This document shows positions 9,859-19,662 of a stretch of DNA of 64,000 nucleotides, piece after piece. This DNA is from an uncultured bacterium (lineage in GTDB: Bacteria; Planctomycetota; UBA1135; GCA-002686595). Position 1 is the first letter of the stretch; each line of letters opens with the position of its first letter. Location of the stretch: the NCBI GenBank assembly GCA_943787795.1, contig CALSNU010000001.1, forward strand, positions 1,024,001 through 1,088,000. Direction: 5' to 3'. Under the pieces are notes generated by a model, which did not search any database, was not told the DNA's origin, and saw only the letters and a program-made list of their open reading frames with translations. Position numbers and translations under genes: made by a program.

Positions 9859-10503
9859 ATGCAGAGCGCGATTCGAACCCTCACCGTTGTTGCGGTCCTC
9901 GTCGGGGGCGGGGCCGCTTGCCAGACCACGCCGACCCTCAGGGGCTCGGGAGTGGAGACCACCTCGATCGGAGATCTGGCCTCGGTCAATCCGGTGGACA
10001 TCGCCGTGCTCCCCATCGAGGTGGCCCCGGGTGCTTCCGAGGCTCCTGTCTCGATGATCCGTGCGTCCTCGGCGAAGGCGCTGGTGCGTCGCAAGTATTC
10101 GCCGCTCGCCATGGACGTCGTGGATGAGACCATCGCCCAGGAGGCCCCGCAGGGGACCCAGGGTGGGGGAGTGCAGGAAGCGAGCTACTCTCCGGGGGCC
10201 CTCGGCGAAGACGCGCTTCTTGAGGTCATCGTGGAGCGCTGGGACATGCCCGATTGGACGGCGCTTCGGTCGATCGACGCGGCGCTCACGGCACGGCTGA
10301 TCGACCCCCGTGACCCGACGGGACCTGTCCTTTGGGAGGCGCGGCTGGACCGTCAGTTCCGCTTCTCGCTGGAGAGCGGGACGGCCAGTAGCACCGACCG
10401 TGACCTCCGCGCCGCCTGTGACGACATCCTGCGGATCTTGATCTCGACCCTCCCCGGGAGGACCCTCGAGCCCGGGTTCGTGGAAGAGCTCACGGGGAAC
10501 TAG
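9859..10503 (+). CDS. Putative lipoprotein (DUF799/GNA1162-like)
   Basis: Lipobox 'GGAAC'; 'DIAVLPI' strand and 'LTARLID...VLWE' typical of this lipoprotein fold. Confidence 0.6.
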   Translation: MQSAIRTLTVVAVLVGGGAACQTTPTLRGSGVETTSIGDLASVNPVDIAVLPIEVAPGASEAPVSMIRASSAKALVRRKYSPLAMDVVDETIAQEAPQGTQGGGVQEASYSPGALGEDALLEVIVERWDMPDWTALRSIDAALTARLIDPRDPTGPVLWEARLDRQFRFSLESGTASSTDRDLRAACDDILRILISTLPGRTLEPGFVEELTGN

Positions 10504-10892
10504 GTCCCAAGATGCGCGCTGGGCTCGCCTCCGGGAGGGCCAAGAGCTTCTCTGGAGGGGACTCTGGGAGAGGCTCCATCCCCGAGGTCTGACCCCCGCC
10601 TCCCCGGAAGAGCATGGGCCCGGTGCTGCCCGTCGCCAGGGGAGCCGGGGCTCACACCGGGGTGGCCCGGCCTGGCTTCTGGCGGAAATGGCGCCTGCGG
10701 AGCCCTTCGGACGACCCAGGGGGCTAAGGTATTCGCCCAAAGAGGCGCGCCAATCCAACTCCGCACCCCGCGACCGCAGTTCTCACCCCCCCGATCGGCG
10801 GGTGAATCTTCGGACGGGGCAAGTCCGCTCTTCTGATCCTCCTCGCCGCCTCTTCGCCGGGATCAGAGAGCACAGCTACAAGCTCTGAACCC

Positions 10893-11162
10893 ATGGCAAT
10901 TGCCACCGATCGAAAGGCCGAGATCATCAAGGAGTTCGCGAATGCGGACGGTGACACCGGCTCCCCCGAGGTCCAGGTCGCGCTCCTCACCGAGGACATC
11001 CGCTGCCTCACCGAGCACCTGAAGGTGCACCGCAAGGACTTCACCTCCCGGCGCGGCCTGCTCGTCAAGGTCGGCCGCCGTACCAAGCTGCTGCGCTACC
11101 TGCGCGATCGCTCCCCTGAGAGCTACGCGCAGCTGATCGGCCGCCTCGGCCTGCGCCGCTGA
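10893..11162 (+). CDS. rpsO: 30S ribosomal protein S15
   Basis: '[13 protein letters not shown]...[16 protein letters not shown]...[10 protein letters not shown]'; 89 aa; upstream of pnp. Confidence 0.99.
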   Translation: MAIATDRKAEIIKEFANADGDTGSPEVQVALLTEDIRCLTEHLKVHRKDFTSRRGLLVKVGRRTKLLRYLRDRSPESYAQLIGRLGLRR

Positions 11163-11438
11163 TCCTCCCCTCGGACGCCCACATCCTCGATCCAACGTCA
11201 TCCCCTCGAGCGCCCCGTAATCCTGGGCGGCCCAACATTGGTGGGCAGGGGCGGGCAGTGCACTTCGAGGCAGTGGGGATCCGAACCCGGAGGCGTTGCC
11301 GGCACCGGCCGACGCCGTGCGAGCCGCGTCACGTGCGCGGCCCGCTGGCGACCTGAAGATCCTGCTGCAGCCCTTGGGCTGCGCTCTGAATCGATCCGTA
11401 CAACCCACTGTTATTAGCAAGAAAGACACCGAGGCGAG

Positions 11439-13673
11439 ATGAGCCTCACCAACATCATGAGCACGAAACCGACACGAGTCGAAGCAACGATTGCTGGCCG
11501 GAAGCTGACGCTGGAGACGGGCCAGGTGGCCCGCCAGGCCGGCGGCGCAGTGATCGCCACCCTTGGCGACACCCGCTGCTTCGCAGCCGCGACGGCCGGC
11601 AACGCCCGGGACGACATCGACTTCTTCCCCCTGGTCTGCGACTACCGCGAGAAGACCGAGGCGGCGGGCAAGATCCCCGGCGGCTTCTTCAAGCGCGAGG
11701 GACGTCCGACCACCAAGGAGATCCTCACCATGCGTCTGATCGATCGCTCGATCCGGCCCATGTTCGCCGAGGGCTTCAAGGCCGAGGTGCAGGTCATGAC
11801 GAGCGTCATGCAGTACGACGGGGAGAACAACCCCGACGTCGTGGCCATGATCGCCGCCTTCACGGCCATCCGCATCGCCGGAATGCCCTTCGAGACGACC
11901 CTCGGGGCCGTCCGAATCGCCCACATCGACGGCAAGCTCGTCGCCTTCCCCTCCGACACCGACCGTCGTGAGAACAGCCGCCTCGACCTCGTGGTCTCCG
12001 GCCACGAGAACGGCCTCTGCATGGTGGAGTCCTCCGCCAAGGAGCTGACCGAGGAAGAGATGATCGACGCGTTGGCCGAGGCCGAGCGTGTCGTCCAGGA
12101 GATCATCGACCTCGCCAACGAGCTCGTGGATCGCTGCGCGAAGCCGGCCATGGAGTTCACCGCTCCGAGCGTGGACGAGGACCTCAAGGCCCGCGTCTTC
12201 GACTACGAGGGTGACCTCGCTGCGGCCATGAAGACCGACGGCAAGCACGAGCGCGGCTCCGCGATGAACAACGTGAAGAAGGCGGCCGTTGCCGCCCTCA
12301 CGTCCGACTACGACGGGGATGACCTCAAGGGCCACACCAAGACCGTCAAGGAGTTCTTCGGTGACCTGAAGAAGCACTGCGAGCGTTCAGCGATCATCTC
12401 CGGTCGCCGCGTGGACGGCCGTAGCTGGGACGAGATCCGCCAGATCACGGTGGTTCCGAACTTCAACGAGCGTCAGCACGGCTCCGTGCTCTTCACCCGT
12501 GGCGAGACCCAGGCGCTGGTGAGCGCCACCCTCGGCACGCCGGACGACGAGCAGATCATCGACGGCGTGGAGGAGGAGTTCAAAAAGCACTTCTACCTGC
12601 ACTACAACTTCCCGGCGTACTCCGTCGGTGAGACCCGCCGGATCATGGGTCCGGGCCGTCGCGAGATCGGTCACGGCATGCTCGCCGAGCGTTCCCTGAA
12701 CCCGGTCCTCCCGGAGAAGGAGTCGTTCCCCTACACGATCCGCGTTGTCTCTGACATCACCGAGTCCAACGGCTCGTCGTCGATGGCCAGCGTCTGCGGC
12801 GGCTGCCTCTCCATGATGCTCGCCGGCGTCCCGCTGACCCAGCCGGTCGCGGGCATCGCGATGGGCCTCGTGCAGGAAGGCGACAAGAACGCCATCCTGT
12901 CCGACATCCTCGGCTCCGAGGACCACAGCGGTGACATGGACTTCAAGGTGGCCGGTTCCGGCGTCGGGATCACCGCCCTGCAGATGGACATCAAGATCAA
13001 GGGCGTCTCCCGCGGTCTGCTGGAGTCCGCGCTGGAGCAGGCCAAGAAGGGCCGGATTCACATCCTGCGCAAGATGCTCGAGGCCGTCCCGGCCCCGTCG
13101 TCCGAGGTCAGCCGCTTCGCTCCGCGGATGGAGACCATCAAGATTCCGAGCGATCGGATCGGCTTCCTGATCGGCCCTGGCGGCAAGAACATCCGCCAGC
13201 TCCAGGCTGACTACGGCGTCCGGATCTCCATCGTTGACGATGAGGGCCACGTCCAGATCTACGGCACCGACGCCGACAAGACCCTGGCCTGCCGCGATGC
13301 GATCTCGGCGACCATGGAGACCCCGGAGATCGGCTCGAAGTACAAGGGCACGGTCAAGAGCGTGCGCGACTTCGGGGCGTTCATCGAGATCCTCCCGGGC
13401 GTCGAGGCGCTCTGCCATATCTCCGAGCTCGGCGAGGGCTTCATCGAGCAGGTCTCGGATGTGGTCAACGTCGGCGACGAGATCGAGGTCGTGATCATCA
13501 ACGTGGATGATCGCGGGAAGATCAAGGTCTCCCACAAGGCCCTCACCCAGCCCAAGGAAGAGGGCGGTGACGGAGAAGGAGAGAGCGGGGATCGCCCGCG
13601 TCGAGGTGATCGTGAGGATGGCGAGCGTGGTGGTGGAGCCCGCCGTCGTCGCCGCCGCGCCCCGAGCCGGTGA
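11439..13673 (+). CDS. pnp: Polyribonucleotide nucleotidyltransferase (PNPase)
   Basis: '[11 protein letters not shown]...[14 protein letters not shown]', 'FTRGETQ', '[10 protein letters not shown]', 'GDMDFKVAG', KH and S1 domains; alternative start 11457. Confidence 0.99.
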   Translation: MSLTNIMSTKPTRVEATIAGRKLTLETGQVARQAGGAVIATLGDTRCFAAATAGNARDDIDFFPLVCDYREKTEAAGKIPGGFFKREGRPTTKEILTMRLIDRSIRPMFAEGFKAEVQVMTSVMQYDGENNPDVVAMIAAFTAIRIAGMPFETTLGAVRIAHIDGKLVAFPSDTDRRENSRLDLVVSGHENGLCMVESSAKELTEEEMIDALAEAERVVQEIIDLANELVDRCAKPAMEFTAPSVDEDLKARVFDYEGDLAAAMKTDGKHERGSAMNNVKKAAVAALTSDYDGDDLKGHTKTVKEFFGDLKKHCERSAIISGRRVDGRSWDEIRQITVVPNFNERQHGSVLFTRGETQALVSATLGTPDDEQIIDGVEEEFKKHFYLHYNFPAYSVGETRRIMGPGRREIGHGMLAERSLNPVLPEKESFPYTIRVVSDITESNGSSSMASVCGGCLSMMLAGVPLTQPVAGIAMGLVQEGDKNAILSDILGSEDHSGDMDFKVAGSGVGITALQMDIKIKGVSRGLLESALEQAKKGRIHILRKMLEAVPAPSSEVSRFAPRMETIKIPSDRIGFLIGPGGKNIRQLQADYGVRISIVDDEGHVQIYGTDADKTLACRDAISATMETPEIGSKYKGTVKSVRDFGAFIEILPGVEALCHISELGEGFIEQVSDVVNVGDEIEVVIINVDDRGKIKVSHKALTQPKEEGGDGEGESGDRPRRGDREDGERGGGARRRRRRAPSR

Positions 13674-14019
13674 TCGCCCCGCCGCCCTCCTGGAGGGCTC
13701 GCGGCTCCCCTGAGCCCGAGCCCCTGGCGGGTTGAGTCCCTGGCCCCGCGACCTGCGGGGTCCATCGGGCCCAAGAATGCGCCCCCATCTCCGGCCATCG
13801 GAGACGGGGGCGCTGCCTTTGGGGCGTGGCGATTCGGGCGGGCTCTGGAGGTTTGACAGGGCCTTATCTTCAGGCAGGCCGGAATCTGAGGGTTTTTGGC
13901 AAGGTAGGCGCGTCGCTGTCGAAGATGCACATGACGGATCCTTAATCTCGGGTCCGTGTCTCGTCCGCGAGCGGACGTTCTAGAATGTCCGCCCGCTGAT
14001 ACGCGCCACCAGTCTCCGG

Positions 14020-14466
14020 TTGTTCCTCCCTTTGAAGCTCCTCTCACTCCTCATCGTGATCCTCGCGGGAATCCCCGCGAGCGCCGAGCCTCTTCTCCAC
14101 GACGCCGAGAGTGAGGCTGCGCTGGCCGTTGGAGGCCGTGACGACGGCCGTGGTACTCCTTACCACGTGAGCAAGGCAGACAACATCTGCGGGCTCGATG
14201 AGCCCCGGCAGCTCACCAACCCGGCCTCGGTGAACTACTCCGCGCTGCTCTCCGCGACCCCGGAGATCAAGAAGATCGCAAAGGACAAGATCGATCCGAC
14301 CTCCTCCGAGGGGATCACTCTGACGGCCAAGGCCCGCTCAAGGGTCCTCAGCGCATGCGAGTCCGTTCGGCAGTCCGGCGGCTACTGCAGCGTCTGGAAG
14401 ACCATCCGGCGCAAGGACAAGAGGGCCGTTCCCGACGTCACGGACGCGGTGAAGCGCCTCCTTTGA
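14020..14466 (+). CDS. Exported hypothetical protein with a weak OmpH/Skp-like C-terminal pattern
   Basis: Signal peptide 'LLSLLIVILAGIPASA'; good codon bias; C-terminus 'ESVRQSGGYCSVW...PDVTDAVKRLL'. Confidence 0.6.
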   Translation: MFLPLKLLSLLIVILAGIPASAEPLLHDAESEAALAVGGRDDGRGTPYHVSKADNICGLDEPRQLTNPASVNYSALLSATPEIKKIAKDKIDPTSSEGITLTAKARSRVLSACESVRQSGGYCSVWKTIRRKDKRAVPDVTDAVKRLL

Positions 14467-14482
14467 CCGGCAGGGCTCGACC

Positions 14483-16168
14483 ATGACTCGCCCCGGGGAA
14501 GGCCCCGTGCGCCCCGATGGTTGCGGCCGTGAGGGAGGGGCTCCGCGGGGGACAGGAAGTGAATGTCCGCGGGCTACCGAGGGGCGCCATGTCCTCCGTC
14601 TTTCCCGACGCGTCGCGGTCGTACCACTCGTTCTCCTGCCGCTCGCGCTGACCTCGTCCTGCCTGGGCGGTGGCGGCGACTCCCTCGAGCGCGATCGAAA
14701 GGCGCAGTCCATGTTCGAGGACCTCCTGACCCGCGGTCAAGACTCACCCGCAGGTATCGAGTCCTTCGACGAGGAGGCCGCCTTCGAGGGCCCCGAGGCG
14801 GCCTATGCCGACGACCCCGTCTCCTCGAGCGCGGGGAACTCGCTGCGCGGATCCGGCGAGAGCGCGGGCGCTGCCGTGTTGCCGCCGCCTGAGGTCATCC
14901 CGCCGACGGATCCGTCCGATCCCGCTGCGGCTGGCGAGCCCGCCCTCACCGCGGCCGCCGAGGGGGAGGAGCTCGAGTTTCTGAGCGGGTTGGTCGACGA
15001 GGACGAGCTTTCCGATCCGCCGCTCAACCCCTACCTCGAGTTCGGGCAGAACATCATCTGGTACGAGCTCCGAGAGGGGGACACCGAGCGGCTGATCATG
15101 AAGCCGTACACCTTCCCAGGCGGGACGGGATCGAAGATCTTCAGCCTCCTCCAAAGCTACGGCGCCTTCCCGCTCTTCGCTGCGGTGAAGGACGGCGCGC
15201 TCCCAGATGGGACCGGGCCACAGCCGGAGGACTCGGTGCTGCTTGATCTGAGGGAGGGCTTCTCCGTGGAGGCCTATTCCGACCCGCGCGCGTCAGGGCT
15301 TCGGGCACCCCAGTCCATCGCGCTCAGCGACGTCCTGTTCGTGACGGCCGCGGCGGATCAGCTGGCCGAGGTCGAGCATTTCATTGACCTGTTCGCGGCC
15401 GAGGTTCGGCAGATCGAGATCGAGGCGAAGATCGTCGAGGTCACGACCCGAGAGTCCCTTGACCTGGGGGTCAAGCCGGTCAATTCCTCGACGCCGATCT
15501 TCGGGTTCCCTAACCCGGGGACCTTCGTCAATCAGATCGACTTCTCCTTCGCCAACAGCACCGACGCCAGCAAGGCGCTCTTTCAGCTGGGGGCCATCTT
15601 CGACGGCGTGACGTTCAACGCGGTGCTCGAGGCGGTGGCCTCGTTCGAGAACGTCTCGATCATCTCTCGACCGAAGGTGGCGGTCCGTGAGGGGGGCCGT
15701 GCGGACATCGTGAACGTGAAACGAATCCCGTTCTACAACGTGACCGCGATCAGCGCGTCGGGCATCCCGACCACCTCCCTGCAGTTCCAGGATGTCGGGG
15801 TGCAGATGTACGTGGTGCCGCGCGTGATCGGCCGAGACACTGTCATCCTCAACATCGACATCGAGGCCTCGCAATCCACCGGTACCGCGGTGAGCTTCAC
15901 GGTGGGGGACTCGGTGATCGCCGTGCCGGAGATCTCCCGCCGCAACGCGAGGACCGTGGTTCGGCTCGAACCCGGCCAGGCCGTGATCCTCGGGGGGCTC
16001 ATCTCCGAGCGGACGGTGACGCGGGAGAGCAAGGTCCCCCTGGTCGGTGACATCCCCGTCCTCGGTGCGCTCTTCCGAAGCAAGCTGACCAGCAAGGAGC
16101 AGACCAACGTCCTGTTCTTCATTCGCCCTCGGATTCTCGAGGGGTCTGATCTGAACAGCCCCTTCTGA
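14483..16168 (+). CDS. Secretin (type II secretion protein D / PilQ family), probable lipoprotein
   Basis: Secretin domain 'QIEIEAKIVEV', 'IISRPKVAVREG', 'ESKVPLVGDIPVLGALFRS...LFFIRPRIL'; lipobox-like 'LTSSC'; true start uncertain. Confidence 0.9.
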   Translation: MTRPGEGPVRPDGCGREGGAPRGTGSECPRATEGRHVLRLSRRVAVVPLVLLPLALTSSCLGGGGDSLERDRKAQSMFEDLLTRGQDSPAGIESFDEEAAFEGPEAAYADDPVSSSAGNSLRGSGESAGAAVLPPPEVIPPTDPSDPAAAGEPALTAAAEGEELEFLSGLVDEDELSDPPLNPYLEFGQNIIWYELREGDTERLIMKPYTFPGGTGSKIFSLLQSYGAFPLFAAVKDGALPDGTGPQPEDSVLLDLREGFSVEAYSDPRASGLRAPQSIALSDVLFVTAAADQLAEVEHFIDLFAAEVRQIEIEAKIVEVTTRESLDLGVKPVNSSTPIFGFPNPGTFVNQIDFSFANSTDASKALFQLGAIFDGVTFNAVLEAVASFENVSIISRPKVAVREGGRADIVNVKRIPFYNVTAISASGIPTTSLQFQDVGVQMYVVPRVIGRDTVILNIDIEASQSTGTAVSFTVGDSVIAVPEISRRNARTVVRLEPGQAVILGGLISERTVTRESKVPLVGDIPVLGALFRSKLTSKEQTNVLFFIRPRILEGSDLNSPF

Positions 16169-16209
16169 GCCCGCGGGGTCGCGGGCTGGCCCCTTGCTTC
16201 CGCTGGTGA

Positions 16210-16307
16210 CTCCGGCTGGGGGCTCCGGCGGGTACTTCGGCTGGGGCTTCGGCTGGGGCTTCGGCTGGGGCTTCGGCTGGGGCTTTCGGCTGGGGCTTCG
16301 GCTGGGG
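16210..16307. repeat. Intergenic 12-bp tandem repeat (CTTCGGCTGGGG), 6 near-perfect plus 2 degenerate copies
   Basis: Read directly: units start at 16235, 16247, 16259, 16271, 16283 (extra T) and 16296; degenerate units at 16210 and 16223. Confidence 0.92.
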
Positions 16308-16477
16308 CTGATTCGCCGCCGGGAGTTCCGTTGGGCGCCCTCGCTGGGCTCGCCACCGGGCCCCTGGCCGGATCTGGAATCCGGGCCTCGGCGGAGGAGC
16401 GGAGTCGAAGTGTCGGGAAGAAGGTGTCCCCCGAGGCGTATGATCTCGTCTGCGCGGCGGCCGGCCCCGCAAGAGCG

Positions 16478-17863
16478 ATGAAGATCTTCAGCAAGAGCCT
16501 CTCCGGGGCACGGGACGCGTGCCAAGGCGCGGCGCTCCTGATGGCGTTCCTGGTGCTGATCGTGATCATCGCGATCGTCTACCAGATCAACACGGTCACG
16601 CTCACCGACGAGCGGATCACCTACAACGAGATCACCAGGGCGCAGATGGACCTGGCGATCGAGTCTGTCCTCCTCCAGACCTACGAGGACCTCGCCGAGG
16701 ACGCCCGCGCGGCCCAGGCCTCCGAGGGGGAGGATCCCGCCGCGGCGGGTGGTGACCCCGGGGCCGCCTCGGAGCCTGGCGAGCCGCCGAGGAACCCCGA
16801 CACGGTCGACTCGCGCATGGACCGCTGGTACACGCCGCAGTCCACGAGCTTCGGTGACATCCAGCTGCGCATCTTCGTCCGCGACGAGAACAGCAAGTAC
16901 AACGTCCTGAACCTGCTCCAGCCGGACGAGCTGATGGCCGAGCAGGCCGTCCAACGCGTGGCGAGGATTCTGGACTATGCCCGCGGTGGTACCTCCGAGG
17001 ACATCTCGAGCGGCGATGCCGAGGAGATGGCGCTCTCCATGCAGTCTTACATGGCGGAGCGTCTGGGATCGGACCAGGTGCCCCAGCCGCGGCTGCTGAC
17101 GACGGACCTCGAGAATGAGCAGCAGTCTGTTCCCTTCACATTCAGCGAGTTTCGAACGCTGCCAGGGTTCGAGGATGTGATGTTCGAGGACTTCTTCGGC
17201 GAAGACGATGAGCGGATCCACGGCATCACGTCTTACCTGACGGTCTTTACCTCCCCGGTGGTCGGCGAGGAGGAAGAGGCCAGCGGCCTGCCTGTGGGCA
17301 ACGGCGGGTGGGGCGTGAACGTCAACACCGCGCCGTTCGCGGTCCTCTCGGGTCTCTTCTCCGGCCGTGAGTTTCCGATCTCCCTCTGGGAGGCCGTGCG
17401 AGACTACAGGAACGAGGCCGAGGACCCCCTCGAAGACGAGGAGGGCGAGGACGGCGTCGAGGACGTTGAACCGGAGCCGATGCTGGACGAGTTCGGGGAG
17501 GAGATCTTCCCCAAGCAGATCTTCGACAGCCTCGATGAGCTGGAGGAGATCTACGACTACGAGGCGCTCAACGAAGCGGAGAAGTCCCTGATCACCGAGG
17601 CGCTCGAGGTCACGAGCGATGTCTTCGAGATCGTGATCGCTGCCCGGATCTCCACCGCCTCCGATGTCAACCAGCGCCTCGAGTTCGAGTCACGGCGCGA
17701 GCAGGAGGAGTACTTTCGATCTGGTGAGCACATCGTCCGCGTGGTGCGGTCGGTGGTCTGGCGTCGCCCGGTGGACGATGACGTGATGATCGTGCCTCTC
17801 GTGAGGTGGGAGGTCCTCGACAACGCCCCGCTCCAGGTGCTCGACTTCCCGGACGAGGAGTGA
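16478..17863 (+). CDS. gspK: Type II secretion system minor pseudopilin GspK-family protein
   Basis: Prepilin-type 'QG-AALLMAFLVLIVIIAIV', 'IFVRDENSKYNVLNL', 'VNVNTAPFAVLSGL', 'LEVTSDVFEI' are GspK hallmarks. Confidence 0.82.
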   Translation: MKIFSKSLSGARDACQGAALLMAFLVLIVIIAIVYQINTVTLTDERITYNEITRAQMDLAIESVLLQTYEDLAEDARAAQASEGEDPAAAGGDPGAASEPGEPPRNPDTVDSRMDRWYTPQSTSFGDIQLRIFVRDENSKYNVLNLLQPDELMAEQAVQRVARILDYARGGTSEDISSGDAEEMALSMQSYMAERLGSDQVPQPRLLTTDLENEQQSVPFTFSEFRTLPGFEDVMFEDFFGEDDERIHGITSYLTVFTSPVVGEEEEASGLPVGNGGWGVNVNTAPFAVLSGLFSGREFPISLWEAVRDYRNEAEDPLEDEEGEDGVEDVEPEPMLDEFGEEIFPKQIFDSLDELEEIYDYEALNEAEKSLITEALEVTSDVFEIVIAARISTASDVNQRLEFESRREQEEYFRSGEHIVRVVRSVVWRRPVDDDVMIVPLVRWEVLDNAPLQVLDFPDEE

Positions 17864-17871
17864 GGGACGGC

Positions 17872-19488
17872 ATGGCGGCAACGAGGGAGCCGATCGATCC
17901 GCTGCGGGTCGAGGTCTTTCACCACCTGTTCGCGGCCGCGGCAGAGGAGATGGGGGTCGCGCTCCAGCGCTCCGCCTTCTCGGTCAACATCAAGGAGCGG
18001 CTCGACTTCTCCTGCGCGATCTTCGGGAGCGACGGGCGCGCTGTGGCTCAGGCCGCTCACCTCCCCGTCCACCTGGGGGCGACGCCGCTCTCCGTGGAGG
18101 CGGTGATCGCCACCCACGACCTCCGGCCAGGGGACATCGCCTTCCAGAACGACCCGTTCGGGGGCGGGACGCACCTCCCGGACATCACCTCGGTGGCCCC
18201 GATCTTCGCCCCCGAGGCGAACGGCCCCGAGGACCGGCCGGCGTTCTACTGCGTCTCCCGTGCCCACCATGCCGACGTTGGAGGAGCCTTCCCGGGATCC
18301 ATGGCGCCGGCGAGGGACGTCCACGGCGAGGGCCTGCGGCTGCCGCCTGTTCGCATGGTTCGGGGGGGGGTCATGGACGAGGACCTGCTCCGGGTCTTCC
18401 TCGCGAACATGCGAGTCCCCGGCGAGCGACGCGCGGACCTCTTCGCGCAGATCGCGGCGAGTCACGCGGGCCAGAACCGGTTGCTGGCGCTGATGGCTGA
18501 ACACGGCCCGGCGGAGCTCGCCGCGAGGGGGCGGGACCTGATCGGTTGGACGGCTGACCTCACCTCTCGGCGACTCGCCCGGCTTCCCGAGGGGAGCTGG
18601 TCCTTTGAGGACGTCCTCGAGGGGGGAGCGGACGGGACCGGAGCGTTCCTTCCTGTTCGGCTCACGGTCACCAGCAGCGGGGGGGGGCTGACCTTCGACT
18701 TCCAGGACAGCGCGCCCCAGGCTCTCGACGGCTCTCCGGTGAACACGACCCGCGCGGTGGCCGTCTCTGCGGTGGTCTATGGCATTCGCCTGCTCATGCC
18801 CGACGGCACCCCGACCAACGCAGGGCTGCTCGAGGGTGTGGAAGTGCTCACGCGGCCGGGGACGGTGGTCGACGCGACGTACCCGGCGCCGGTGGCCGCT
18901 GGGAACGTCGAGACGAGCCAGAGGCTGGTGGACGTCATCCTCGGCGCGTTCGGGGAGATGCTGCCCGGTGAGGTCCCGGCGGCGAGCGCTGGCACCATGA
19001 ACAACCTCTCCTTCGGGGGCGCGCGGCTCGGCGAAGCGGGCGGCTCGTTCACGCACTATGAGACCCACGGTGGAGGGGCGGGCGCGGGGCCGAGGTCGGG
19101 CGGTGCCCACGCGGTCCAGACCCACATGACCAACACCCGCAACACCCCGGTGGAGGCCCTCGAGAACGAGCTGCCTGTGCGGGTGTTGCGGCAGACCGTC
19201 CGTCGCGGAACCGGCGGGACGGGTGCCCGCCCGGGGGGAGACGGGCTGGTGCGACGGCTGGGCTTCCTGACCGATGTCCGGCTGTCCTGGCTGGCCGAGC
19301 GCCAGCGGCGGGCGCCTTTCGGAGTCGACGGCGGCGGCAGCGGCGCCCCTGGGGAGGCCTGGATACGGCGACCGGGCGCGGCGTCGGACACGCGGCTGAC
19401 GCCCAAGGCCGCGCTGGACCTCGAGGCCGGGTCCGAGGTGGAGATCCGGACCCCGGGTGGCGGCGGGCACGGCGAGGCGCATCCTTAG
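17872..19488 (+). CDS. Hydantoinase B / 5-oxoprolinase family protein
   Basis: 'AEEMGVALQRSAFSVNIKERLDFSCAIF', 'NDPFGGGTHLPD', 'HMTNTRNTPVEALE', 'TPGGGG'. Confidence 0.95.
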   Translation: MAATREPIDPLRVEVFHHLFAAAAEEMGVALQRSAFSVNIKERLDFSCAIFGSDGRAVAQAAHLPVHLGATPLSVEAVIATHDLRPGDIAFQNDPFGGGTHLPDITSVAPIFAPEANGPEDRPAFYCVSRAHHADVGGAFPGSMAPARDVHGEGLRLPPVRMVRGGVMDEDLLRVFLANMRVPGERRADLFAQIAASHAGQNRLLALMAEHGPAELAARGRDLIGWTADLTSRRLARLPEGSWSFEDVLEGGADGTGAFLPVRLTVTSSGGGLTFDFQDSAPQALDGSPVNTTRAVAVSAVVYGIRLLMPDGTPTNAGLLEGVEVLTRPGTVVDATYPAPVAAGNVETSQRLVDVILGAFGEMLPGEVPAASAGTMNNLSFGGARLGEAGGSFTHYETHGGGAGAGPRSGGAHAVQTHMTNTRNTPVEALENELPVRVLRQTVRRGTGGTGARPGGDGLVRRLGFLTDVRLSWLAERQRRAPFGVDGGGSGAPGEAWIRRPGAASDTRLTPKAALDLEAGSEVEIRTPGGGGHGEAHP

Positions 19489-19662
19489 GGCCCCTCCGGC
19501 TCTCCTGGGGGGGGGCGATCGGCCCGAGGCCGGTTCACCGGTTCGAGGGGGAGCGGGGAAGGCGGGCCCGCTATCATCTGCGCCGACGTCGCGCGGCATC
19601 CCGCTGCGCGTGTGGCAGCCATCCCTCATTCTCCTCCAGACCGGTCTCTGACCCGACGACCT

